Under the pieces are notes generated by a model. The model saw only the letters and a program-made list of their open reading frames with translations. It was not told the DNA's origin and did no database searches. Shown piece by piece: positions 36,101 to 45,500 of a stretch of 54,309 nucleotides of DNA. How positions within the stretch are numbered: the first letter of the stretch is position 1; each line of letters starts with the position of its first letter. A program made the position numbers and the translations under genes. Source of the stretch: Clostridiales bacterium (GTDB lineage Bacteria; Bacillota; Clostridia; Christensenellales; Pumilibacteraceae); NCBI GenBank assembly GCA_015055705.1, contig SVHR01000001.1:1-54309 (forward strand), given 5' to 3'.

Positions 36101-38594
36101 AGAAATAGAGCTTCTAAGGCAGCTTCAAAATAAGTACGGGCTTTGTAAGACTATGGTGGATACCGATTATGAATATACCCTTGACGACGTTCTTTACGTC
36201 TTGCTTGGGTTAGGCTCGCCTAGTGACAGCAGGGTAGAGGGAGTAGAGCTGTACGACCTTATAGATACGTCATCGCTCGAAGCTCTTGCTTTTGACGATA
36301 GCGCTGATTGGATGCAAAGCCAAAGGGTTCAGCTTTTGACTCACGTATCGGATTACAGTCACCCTGATATGCTAACTGCGCTTATAAAGCGGGTTGTGAA
36401 TTTTGATGACCTTGCCGGCAGTATGGGTGAAGGTGTGTTTACCGAGGATAATCTTCTTTACGTAAGCATAAGTGAGGATGAATTAGGCAACGAATATCTT
36501 TCGGTTACGGTAAGCGTTGTAGTTGCCGATATTTTAGCAACAGGCGACGGCGAAAATGCAATGATGAGTTTTATGTCCGACTTGCTTGACGGAAGCGCGG
36601 TAATTACCCTTAGCGTAAATCTTACTGACGAAACAGCTCAAACCGAGACCATAATCAACGGTAATGCAGGGGCAACGAGTGACCTATTTGATTTGCTTGA
36701 TACAATGGGCGTCGATTTTGATATGAGCCAAATCGCGAGCAGTGTGCGTAGTGCATACAACTCGCTTGCAGAGCAAATCGACGTCGAGCTTGACGCGGCG
36801 GACAACAAAATGCTTTTGCCGACTATGTTCACGCTTATAAATGATGTTGTGCTTGGAGAAAACGCGCTTGAAGACGGCGTGGAAGCCGATAGAATAGTGA
36901 CCGGTGAGGAAAAGCTTAAGCTTGCGCTTAAGGGCGTATTTACTACAAGCAATACTGTGCCTGAAGGCGAAACGGCTTCACGTATATCTGCTTTTGAAGC
37001 AAGCCTTGAAGGAATCTCACCCAATACGGACGAGGATGGCAATCCCGATTATAGCTCGTTTATTCAAGAAGAGGTTACGACAAAATATTTCCTTAACGAA
37101 TCTGCGACCAGTCAGGTTAGCACCTTTGACGAGCTGTTTGAGGTAATTGACGTAACGAATCTTCACGCTAATGATATTTTCAATATAGATGGCGATGGAG
37201 TAGAGAAGCCCATTGGCCTTGCTTATACAACAAAAGAGTTGTACGAGCTTAATCCAATTATTACTGTGGGTAACCTTGGCGCAATACTCGTAAGCAATTT
37301 GCAGCCGAGTGACGGTGATGAGGATGGACTTTTGGCAAAAATTGCCGTTCATTCGATGCACATAAGCTTGGACGAGCACGACAAAGCGCATCTTACCATT
37401 AACGCCGCATTGCCGCTTGGTAACGTTCTTGACGGCGCAAATGATGATATGGCAAGGCTGCTTACCGTAGACACCGTCTACGTTACAATCACGGTAGATA
37501 TCGAGGGCGAGGTGTACGGAAACGATGAGGACGGTCATTATTACGATTGTTCCATAGTAATCAATGGGATGAACGAGTACGAGCAAGGTTATTTGCTTGA
37601 CCTCGCCGACGCATTTGGCGGCAACCTTAATACCTCGGAAATGCAGGCAGAGGTGGGCAAGGCTATTTACAGTGCTATGAGCAAGCTTGAGCATTCGCTT
37701 GGTGGCGGCAACTTTGACTTTACTGCAGAGGGGGTAAAGCTTTGTGACGTATTTACCTTTATCGAAACGAACGTTTTAAGCGACGACAATTCAACTGATA
37801 AGCCTACAGCCGATGAGGTGCGTGAGGTAATTCAAGGAATGTATGCGGCAAAGGCGGATATCGATAATCCGTGGAACTTTAAGGAAAGTGATATCGTAGT
37901 TAATCCTATTTTGGCCGCCGCTGACAATGGATGGGAAACAGAGGCGCTCGTTACGCATTTGGTAGAAGGCGGCAGTGTAACCGATGCCGAACTGGGTGCG
38001 TATATAGCGTCTAAATACGATAACGACGAAAGCGAGCTTGATCAGTTCAGCTTGCTTGCTGCTAATGCAACGCTTAACTCCAACAACGCTGCCGAGCGAC
38101 AAAGAATAAACGTTTTGTTGGAGGATAATATAACGCATATATACCCTCACGGAGATCTGCACGCAAATACGAATTACATTATTTTGACAGCGGAAATAAA
38201 CGTAGACGAAATGATAGGCTCTACCACAATCAACAGCACTATTGATGAGCTTATTGACGATCACATATTTATAACTCTTATTATAGATTTTGATAAATTT
38301 ATCAATAACGAGGAAGACTTCTTTGCGGGATTTATAATAAATAATTTAGGATGTCATTTGTTTGATATATTTGCCAAGCTTACGGGCGTTGACTACGAAA
38401 CCATCATGCATAATCTTGAAAGTGTTAGTCAGGATTTAATGGGACCTATTCATAATCTTATGGGCGACATAGAGGAGCTTGCGAGCGCGGCTGGATCTCT
38501 TGGACATACGGTTGAGGTGTCGTATAAGATTACAGAGTACGCAGGAACGGAAAGCTGCAGAGGCGAATTTGGATGCAACGTGATTTATTCATAA
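33117..38594 (+). CDS. Giant (1825 aa) single-pass membrane protein: acidic repeat N-terminus, poly-basic segment, one TM, about 1540-aa acidic C-terminal region of unknown fold
   Basis: GGAGTG RBS. The frame is uninterrupted for 5.5 kb. KKRNKKRRGCCFNCC is followed by the TM MSILVFNFVMMCVLVGVGWVY. No recognisable catalytic or adhesin motif was seen. Confidence 0.85.
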   Translation: MENEKLITNEDDIESTQNVIEEESFTEHDNSVKDDFDVESTEEPEEESEEDSFWATKEEAEEEPTEEPEEESEEDSFWATKEDTEDESTEEPEEESEEDSFWATKEDTEEEPTEEPEEESEEDSFWATKEDTEDESIEEPEEESEEDSFWATKEEVEDESTEGTEEDTEDEEQTEEESAQESLEEEELEEDEGEHEEQSYSNASTVIPMANEVEKKEEKSTGKKQRVDKKTRKERKEEKKRNKKRRGCCFNCCMSILVFNFVMMCVLVGVGWVYGNQLARDNLDMSIGEVYGVVLGLTRSNGDFIDNAYGEADEEGFYDSIGSSLLLKDEALSAAELKDAVIQSATGEETYVPLESFLVNLLVAENFDQDKIRTIGTENQADTNLKISDRELAAFIDGMLSSLIQIAMEAQINEGELMEFIDLSMLSPAEYLKLDQLKIYPQQVEIDGVITNVDKATVTASINFETLFEDIKEAVDVSSMVIDSQDAPEGVLNAAEMMFNYGVNLISKILPKTFYVTVDMGISHNIAPTLYINNMGMDNERMNNFYKLLAKAGVDVQGMLNEMFVSEEGAIASAMNTIKEIIPLEDILTNGGVDCDIYQLIIDIAKLNEAKDGTGNLKPEAERISTNDILSTLKLVLLDNSDYLDDLKSSEYSYKNVQFARNEDGSLDLSGGEPVIVNQDKQYYVTTKEELDTLIADYEQLFLSRFANSYGLDTNRYNDMDSIIEVFSGESFDADAVIDMFDSDKLKSIISGEAKGLVINDKMLAALFAKMLPSFLEQGEIDKGAVGAEFIYLEKREDDHRQEHFMLNVGLNIDIHRLIDTLMSSDEVTRNFIKNIITQTVIIEAGIDITPVATDTFEYLPTEIKYNGNGISSVEKLLGVFDALGTDEDGNAILLGDLIGEMLSPIRETISNLDTTLPGMTMEESAIKLPNVYVALAKAINGDTAENEAEYIQPEKIENVLKLFVNADPFADANSEYYFYRADNAEEVNSYNQQAEIELLRQLQNKYGLCKTMVDTDYEYTLDDVLYVLLGLGSPSDSRVEGVELYDLIDTSSLEALAFDDSADWMQSQRVQLLTHVSDYSHPDMLTALIKRVVNFDDLAGSMGEGVFTEDNLLYVSISEDELGNEYLSVTVSVVVADILATGDGENAMMSFMSDLLDGSAVITLSVNLTDETAQTETIINGNAGATSDLFDLLDTMGVDFDMSQIASSVRSAYNSLAEQIDVELDAADNKMLLPTMFTLINDVVLGENALEDGVEADRIVTGEEKLKLALKGVFTTSNTVPEGETASRISAFEASLEGISPNTDEDGNPDYSSFIQEEVTTKYFLNESATSQVSTFDELFEVIDVTNLHANDIFNIDGDGVEKPIGLAYTTKELYELNPIITVGNLGAILVSNLQPSDGDEDGLLAKIAVHSMHISLDEHDKAHLTINAALPLGNVLDGANDDMARLLTVDTVYVTITVDIEGEVYGNDEDGHYYDCSIVINGMNEYEQGYLLDLADAFGGNLNTSEMQAEVGKAIYSAMSKLEHSLGGGNFDFTAEGVKLCDVFTFIETNVLSDDNSTDKPTADEVREVIQGMYAAKADIDNPWNFKESDIVVNPILAAADNGWETEALVTHLVEGGSVTDAELGAYIASKYDNDESELDQFSLLAANATLNSNNAAERQRINVLLEDNITHIYPHGDLHANTNYIILTAEINVDEMIGSTTINSTIDELIDDHIFITLIIDFDKFINNEEDFFAGFIINNLGCHLFDIFAKLTGVDYETIMHNLESVSQDLMGPIHNLMGDIEELASAAGSLGHTVEVSYKITEYAGTESCRGEFGCNVIYS
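33241..33600 (+). repeat. Five tandem 72-bp (24-aa) near-perfect coding repeats
   Basis: Units start at 33241, 33313, 33385, 33457 and 33529. The first 53 nt (aggaacccgaggaagaaagtgaggaagattctttttgggcgactaaggaaga) are identical in all five. They encode EEPEEESEEDSFWATKE(D/E)... Confidence 0.95.
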
Positions 38595-38624
38595 ACGGCA
38601 GATTGCTAAAAGGCTGAACAAAAA

Positions 38625-38651
38625 TCCCCGACAGAATTATTCTGTCGGGGA
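38625..38651. terminator. Bidirectional terminator between the giant gene and the convergent lipoprotein gene
   Basis: Perfect 12-bp stem TCCCCGACAGAA / TTCTGTCGGGGA with a 3-nt loop, an A-run upstream and a T-rich tract downstream. Confidence 0.75.
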
Positions 38652-38702
38652 TTGCTTTTGCAATATAGTATTTATTTTTCTATTACGTGGATAGCTTTAC
38701 AT

Positions 38703-39662
38703 CTAACTCAAAAATTCGGTTTTGAAATCCTTAAGCTTGTATTCTGAGGTGTAATTTATTATGCCGTCCAAGGTGTACTCGTAGTTCATAATTCTTGAAA
38801 GAAGCTTCTTTGCGGTCTTGCCTTCCTCTACGGTAAATGCGCCCTTAGAGTAATATGCCTCGAGCGGTGCGCCCTGCTTTTGGCTGTTAAGAAAAATTCG
38901 TACGCCTGTACAAGTAATCATATTTGCGTCGGTGTCCTTGGTATCAGCGTCAAAGCCGTCTATCAGTCCGCTTGCTCCAAGCTCGGTGCTTGCTTCGCCA
39001 AAGTACGAAGCCACCATACTTGCGGTAAAAAATTCCCCCCTAAGGTAGCATTCGTACCAGTTTACAACCTCAAAGGTTTCGTTAAGCGAGTTACCCATTT
39101 TTTCCATTGCGCGAACATAATAATACAAGTATTCATTATCGATGTAGTTACCGCGGTCAAAGGTGATTTCGGTGTTGGCGCCGTTTTTTGTGATTGTTGC
39201 CGTGCCGCCGACGTAATCTGCCGAGTATGAGTACGAGCTGCTGGGCTCTGTCTCAAGTACAACGTTCTTTTGCGTGGATACTGCATATAGTGTGTCTGGG
39301 TAGAAAACCGCTGTCGAGGTTATGGTATCCGTTTTACCGTGATATCTTGAGTCTACGTATTCGCTTGCCGAGTAGGTGATTCTAAAATCGGTGGTAAGTG
39401 TAAGAAGCGAGGAGTCTTCGCTGAGCGTCAAGGTGTGGGTAAGGTGGCTGTCACTTTCGTCGTTTACAAGCACCAGGTCATTTTCTCCGCGCATAAAGTA
39501 CTTTGCTACATTGTAGGATGAGGTTTCGGATTTAAATTTGCGCGATGCAAACCACGGCTTGGGATCGTCGATTTCCGGTGCGGTGACCGTATTGCTTGTA
39601 CAGCCTATGCACACAAAAGCCACGAGCAAAAGGGATAAAACAGATACAATTATTTTTTTCAT
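38703..39662 (-). CDS. Lipoprotein of unknown function (319 aa)
   Basis: GGAG RBS. The signal peptide plus lipobox is MKKIIVSVLSLLLVAFVCIGC. The mature part is beta-rich with no recognised family. Confidence 0.8.
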   Translation of the reverse strand: MKKIIVSVLSLLLVAFVCIGCTSNTVTAPEIDDPKPWFASRKFKSETSSYNVAKYFMRGENDLVLVNDESDSHLTHTLTLSEDSSLLTLTTDFRITYSASEYVDSRYHGKTDTITSTAVFYPDTLYAVSTQKNVVLETEPSSSYSYSADYVGGTATITKNGANTEITFDRGNYIDNEYLYYYVRAMEKMGNSLNETFEVVNWYECYLRGEFFTASMVASYFGEASTELGASGLIDGFDADTKDTDANMITCTGVRIFLNSQKQGAPLEAYYSKGAFTVEEGKTAKKLLSRIMNYEYTLDGIINYTSEYKLKDFKTEFLS

Positions 39663-39707
39663 TTAATGCTCCATTATATTAATTTTAGTTAGTGTAACAC
39701 ATTTTAC

Positions 39708-39743
39708 TTGATTTGGCAAACTAAATAAGTTATAATATCTCAA
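39708..39743 (+). promoter_or_regulatory. Promoter placing the transcription start at or next to the addB ATG (leaderless configuration)
   Basis: TTGATT (39708-39713), 17-nt spacer, TATAAT (39731-39736), then 7 nt and ATG 39744. There is no Shine-Dalgarno sequence. Confidence 0.5.
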
Positions 39744-42521
39744 ATGAAAACAAATTTTATCTATTCGACAAATTATCACGACTCGTTTGACGAAATAATT
39801 GCGCGTATAAATGCAAGAACTGTGGATCTGTCTTGCCGCCATTTGCTTATCGTGCCCGAGCGTTACACCTTGCTCGCCGAGAAATACCTGTACCAAAGCT
39901 CGGACGGTTCTTTTGACGTTGAGGTTATTTCGCCAAGCAGATTGTTTTATAAGATGCAAATAGATACGCCGCTACTAAGCCGCGAGGGCGCAATTATGCT
40001 TATTCGCGCAATGCTACCATCCATTCAGCTTAAGTGCTTTCATCGCTCGTCGTCCTACCGCGGCTTTTGCGAAAAGCTTTACGATGCAATCAACGACTTT
40101 GCGGCAAACGGTATTACGCCAAACGATATTCCAATCGGCTCGCCTAAGCTTGAGGACCTAAAAAATGTCTATGCCGAATATCAAAAAAGAATAGAGGGAA
40201 GATTTGTGGACAGCATGGGTAAGCTGCAGCTTGTCGCAAAAAACGTTGCTACGTCCCCCTATCTTTGCAACGTGCACGTTTACGTGGTGGGTTTTGACTA
40301 CGTGGACAAGGCTACTCAAAATGTGCTTGACGAGATGGCTAAGCGCGCGCTTTCGTACACCGAATGCAGAGTTACGGGCGAGGCTAAAATCGATAGCAAA
40401 ATTACGTATTTTTGCGGAGAGGGTGCGCTTGCGGTAAAAGAGGTGGCAAGGCAGATAAGGCGACTTGGCGCAAGCGGCGTCCCGTACGAGAGCATGGGTG
40501 TAATCATTGGCAACTGCGAGAGTGCGAGGGTAAGGCGCATTTTCGGTGAGTTTAACATTCCGTGCTTTATGTCGGAGAATAAGCGACTGTCCGACTATCC
40601 TCTGTCGGTGTTTTTGCTAAAGCTTTTTGAATGCGCCGGTCGCAAAAGCAGAGATAATTTTATCGAGCTTAGTAAGAACGTTTATCTTGGTGTGGACAAA
40701 AAATGCAGTGACGAGTTTGAGAATTACGTAAATTCGAGGCTGATTGATTATAAAGGCTTTTTTGCTGAATTTGACCAGCCGCACCTTGAGGACGTACGAA
40801 AAAGGCTTGTTTCGGCGGTGGAAATCGTCGAGCAAAGAAGTAAAAATATTTCTGACGCAAGTGGCTTTGGTCAGCTGCTTAACGATATTTTTGCTTTTGT
40901 TTCGGCTCAGCGTGTAACCGAAAGACTGTTTGACTCAGACGCTACAATCGAGCGAACACTTGCTCTTGTTTCACTTATGGAGCAGGTTGGGGTGAGTGGA
41001 AGCTTCGACTTTATATCGTCCGTTTTTGCCGAGGGGCTAAGAGCGACCAAAATGTCCCTTTTGCCGCAAAACGCAGGCGTGATGGTTGGCGATCCTGCCT
41101 CTTTCCGTGGTGGAAAGTACGAGCTTTTGGCTGTACTCGGCTTTGACGACGGCTTTTTGCCGCAAATTTACGACGATAGCTCGCTTATAAGCGACGACGA
41201 AAAGAGCTTTTTTTCCGAGATGGAGCGCGCCGAGCAAATCAATTATAGATACGAGGTCGAGCTTTCGTTGGCGCTTGCATCGGCAAAGCGCATTATGGCA
41301 ACGTACACCTCTCCGTCGGGTATGATGAGCGAGCTTATGAAAAAAGGTGAGCAGGTTTTTAGTGATGATTACGAGGATATTTTGTACAGCGCCGGCAGTC
41401 GAACACACGCAACCGAGCTGCTTATATCGCTAGTAGGTAGGCAGGAAAGCCGAGTGGAAAACAATCAGAGTCTTGTGAACAATTTATATGTTGCGCTTGA
41501 CTGTAAGGACGAGCTGTTTGGCTCCACGCGAGTAGAAAAAATACAAAACGCTGCAAATTTATTTTTTGGCAAAGGGGTAACCAGCGTAAGTCAGCTTCAA
41601 AGCTATTTCAGATGTCCGTTCCGCCATTATGCAGAGTATGGGCTAAGGCTAAAGCAACGTGAAAAGGGTGAAATTTTGCCGCCCGATATAGGAAATTTCA
41701 TGCATGAGATAGTCGAGCTTGCGCTAAAAGACGGCGACCTTTTTGACGTTAATGGCTTAGTAGACAAAGTGGTAGACAAGATTTTGACCCATCACCCCAA
41801 ATTTTCGCTCGAAAGCAACAGGGCAATCGTAGAGGAAACCAAAAAGGAAGCAAAGGAGGTCCTAAAAATATACGCCCGTCAGAGAGCAAAGGGAAAATTC
41901 CGTTCACTTGGGCAGGAAATGAGGTTCGAGATGCCCATCGAGGGAATATCCGTGTGCGGCAAGATAGATATGGCTGACGAATACGATGGTTACGTGCGAC
42001 TTATCGACTACAAAACGGGCAAGGATTATACGCTTAAGGCGGGCGACGTGTATTATGGCAAAAAAATTCAGCTTCCGCTTTATATGGCGGCGCTGTCCAA
42101 GCTCGGTTACAAAAAGGCGGCTATTCTCAATTACCCATTTTCGTACAATTGGTTGGGCGATAGGCTTTCGCACCGCTTTTCGGGCTTCGTGCTAAAGGAC
42201 GAGGCGGTTATGGACGCAATTGACAGCACGAGGGCGCAGGGCGAAAGCGACGTTTTTGAGCTTAAATCAGAAAGAAATTCATATCTTCTTACTCACGAGG
42301 AAATGGAACGCCTTGTTGACTACGCAGTTAAGGTGAGCGAAAAGGCTGTTTCCGAAATTAAGGACGGATACGTGTCTGCGAAGCCGCTAGCCGATTCTTG
42401 CGAGTATTGTGCCTTTGCGTGTCTGTGCGGAGAGGTTGAGCCGCGCAAAACGGTTAAGGTTACAAAAAAAATATTCGATGGCGAAAAGCCCGTCCCGTCA
42501 AGGAGAAAGAAAAATGATTAA
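39744..42521 (+). CDS. addB: Helicase-nuclease complex subunit B (AddB/RexB type) with a C-terminal Fe-S nuclease domain
   Basis: The PD-(D/E)XK motif is GKIDMADEYDGYVRLIDYKTGK. The Fe-S cysteines are CPFRHY ... CEYCAFACLC. It lies directly upstream of and overlapping addA. Confidence 0.85.
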   Translation: MKTNFIYSTNYHDSFDEIIARINARTVDLSCRHLLIVPERYTLLAEKYLYQSSDGSFDVEVISPSRLFYKMQIDTPLLSREGAIMLIRAMLPSIQLKCFHRSSSYRGFCEKLYDAINDFAANGITPNDIPIGSPKLEDLKNVYAEYQKRIEGRFVDSMGKLQLVAKNVATSPYLCNVHVYVVGFDYVDKATQNVLDEMAKRALSYTECRVTGEAKIDSKITYFCGEGALAVKEVARQIRRLGASGVPYESMGVIIGNCESARVRRIFGEFNIPCFMSENKRLSDYPLSVFLLKLFECAGRKSRDNFIELSKNVYLGVDKKCSDEFENYVNSRLIDYKGFFAEFDQPHLEDVRKRLVSAVEIVEQRSKNISDASGFGQLLNDIFAFVSAQRVTERLFDSDATIERTLALVSLMEQVGVSGSFDFISSVFAEGLRATKMSLLPQNAGVMVGDPASFRGGKYELLAVLGFDDGFLPQIYDDSSLISDDEKSFFSEMERAEQINYRYEVELSLALASAKRIMATYTSPSGMMSELMKKGEQVFSDDYEDILYSAGSRTHATELLISLVGRQESRVENNQSLVNNLYVALDCKDELFGSTRVEKIQNAANLFFGKGVTSVSQLQSYFRCPFRHYAEYGLRLKQREKGEILPPDIGNFMHEIVELALKDGDLFDVNGLVDKVVDKILTHHPKFSLESNRAIVEETKKEAKEVLKIYARQRAKGKFRSLGQEMRFEMPIEGISVCGKIDMADEYDGYVRLIDYKTGKDYTLKAGDVYYGKKIQLPLYMAALSKLGYKKAAILNYPFSYNWLGDRLSHRFSGFVLKDEAVMDAIDSTRAQGESDVFELKSERNSYLLTHEEMERLVDYAVKVSEKAVSEIKDGYVSAKPLADSCEYCAFACLCGEVEPRKTVKVTKKIFDGEKPVPSRRKKND

Positions 42522-45500
42522 GTGGTCTGATAAACAGCTTGAGGTAATAAACTCCGACGACGACAGAATTTTGGTTTCGGCATCGGCGGGTAGTGGCAAA
42601 ACCACAGTTATGATAGAGCGTATTTTGCGACTTCTTACCTCTGGTGTAAAGATTTCCAATATGCTGATTTGTACCTTTACCAGGGCGTCGGCGGCGGATA
42701 TGCGTAGTAAGCTGTACGTAAAAATGAGCGAACGTGGGCTTAAAAATCAGCTAAAGGAGCTTTCGCGTGCAGATATTTCGACAATCGACAGCTTTTGTCA
42801 GCGCATAGTCACCAAATATTTTTACGTGCTTGGAATCGATCCACAGTTTGAGATGCTGGACGAGGGCGAGGCGGCGGCGATGCAGGCGTCGGCGGTAGAT
42901 CAGGCAATAAAGCATTTTGAGGGTGATAGTGATTTTGCGCGTCTTGCCGAGATTTTGCGTAGCGGTAGGCGCGATTATACGTTAAAAAAGGCAATACGCG
43001 CCATAATGAATTTTTCGGGCATCAACCCGGAAACGCCGCCTACTTATTCTTATGACCGGTGCGCGGTTTCGTCAACAATAAACGGGCATATAGAGGAGCA
43101 AAGACAAAAGCTCCTTAAGGTAATAGAGGATGTTTTTGCCGACCTTGACGAGGATGTTATTAAGGCGGAGCTTCTTTCCGCTATGACAAACGGCAATTGT
43201 AAAGTTTACGTTAAGGATATTAGACAAAGAAAAGATTTTGCGCCCGTCTTTAAGCACCTTGAGGGCAGAGTAAACGAATATCGCTCGTTGGTGGATGAGG
43301 CGTCACAGTTATCTGGCCAAAGCGAGTCCGAGCCGTTTATTCGCGCGCTTATTACGGCGGCAGAGTATGCCCAAAGAGTATACGCAGACGAAAAGAAAAA
43401 GCGTTCTATGCTAGACTTTTCCGACCTCGAAAATATGATGCTTGCTATTCTCAAAAGCGACGTTGCGCCCGAAATTCGGGCAAAATACAAGCATATATTC
43501 GTGGACGAATATCAGGACATAAATCCCCTGCAGGAAAGCCTTATTCAGCTACTGGCCAGGGGCAATAAGCTGTTTATGGTGGGCGATCTTAAGCAAAGTA
43601 TTTATGCTTTCCGCGGGTGTGAGCCACGCATTTTCAAGCAAAAGTACGATTTGTACGAGGCAGACCCAAGTCAAGGAAGGCTTATCAAGCTGGATATGAA
43701 CTACCGTAGCTCGCCCGAGGTTATAAGCTTTTGCAATGATATATTCAGCAAGGTAATGACGGGTGATTTTGGCGGCATAGATTATGCAAAGAACCCAATG
43801 TCGGCGGCAAAGACAACCTCCGGTTATGTAAAAATGCATATCGTTTCGGGCAAGGAGGCTAATGACGTAGGCGGCATTTACAGCGTTCAAAATCACTGCG
43901 GTGGCAGCTTGACCAAGGTAGAGGCCGAGGCGACACTTGTAGCTTACAGAATACAAGAATTGTTAAAAAAAGAGCATGACGGTGTGCCGATTTCCTTCCA
44001 AGACATAGCGATTTTGACTCGCGGCTTTAGCACGCTGGAGCGACTTGTTATTCAAAAGCTGCGCGAAATTAACGTTCCTGTATCGCTCGTGGAAAAGGCA
44101 TATTATCTGACGCGCCCCGAAACCGGTCAGCTTATAAATTACCTTAGACTTATTGACAACAGGCTGGATGACAATGCAATGGCGCTGTCTATGCTTTCAC
44201 CGTTTGGCGGCTTTAACGAAAACGAGCTTGCCGAAATAAAGCTGGCGGGCAACGGAGCATTTCACGCCTGCGTCATTGAGGCGGCAAAAAACAATCAAAA
44301 GGTAAAGGAATTTTTTGACAGGCTGGATAGATATTATCTGCTGTCGCTGTCGGTAGGCGTTGATGAGCTTGTAAATACCATCGTGTCCGAATGCGCGTAC
44401 TTCAATTACGCATACAAGCTTGGCGAGGACGCCGCCGAGGTTTTAGACCGCTTCCTCGAATTTGTGGGCAGCTGTCCCGCAAAGGGAAGCCTAAGCGCGT
44501 GCCTAAGATTTATAGACGAGCATCAGCCGTATACCGAGCTTAGCGGTGATGATAACTCGGTTAAGCTTATGACCATTCACAAAAGCAAGGGCTTAGAGTT
44601 TAGGTACGTATTTGTGATTGGACTTGGTGAGTCCTTTAATCTTAGGGATATGAGTGCTCAGATTTTTGTGTCAAGCGCGGTGGCAATGCCGGTGTATGCC
44701 GACCACCAAGCAAAAAACAGCGATCTCCGGTTCTTGTCTGCATTATTACAACGCAAAAAACAGCTTGAGGAGGAGCTTAGAATTTTGTATGTTGCCCTCA
44801 CTCGCGCCGAATATGGGTTGGAGCTTTTTGCAACGCGCTCCGAAAGTGATACTCATATATCCGCTTACGAGCTTAGCCCTCGTGCAGTAGATTTCTCCGA
44901 ATGCACCAGCGCGCTTAAGTGGCTTGCTCCCAAGGTTTTTTTGGCAGAAAAATACGACATCTCGGACATCGAAATCGAAGCCGCGCCGCCCGTTAGGGTG
45001 CTGTTTGGTAAATCGGACGAGGGCGTGGTAAAAGATCTTAGGGAATATTTTGATTTTGTGCCGCAAAAAAATGCTCCGTCTAAAAGCTATGTAAGCAAGC
45101 TTGCTCATCAAGAGGACGAAAGCGAGGAGCCTGCAGTATATCTAACGCAGGAGGAAGACCATTCCGGCGACGCGTTGCAGCGCGGTAACGCCTACCACCA
45201 CGCTATGGAGCTGATTGATTTCTCTTGCCCCGACCTTAGCCTAATTCCCCCTTCCGAGTTGGCACTCGTTGACAAGGACAAGCTGCTTTGCGCGGCAGGT
45301 AAGATGGCGGGCTTTAAGGGCGAGATATACAAGGAAAAGCCTTTTATGCTAAAGCTTTCGGCTTTGGAGGCAGGGGTGGATGGAAGCGGCTATGTGCTTG
45401 TTCAAGGAGTAATCGACCTGCTTGTAATAGACGGTGATGAGGCAACGGTAATCGATTACAAAACGGGCAAGGCTCACGGTGCGTTTGAGGAGGGCTACTT

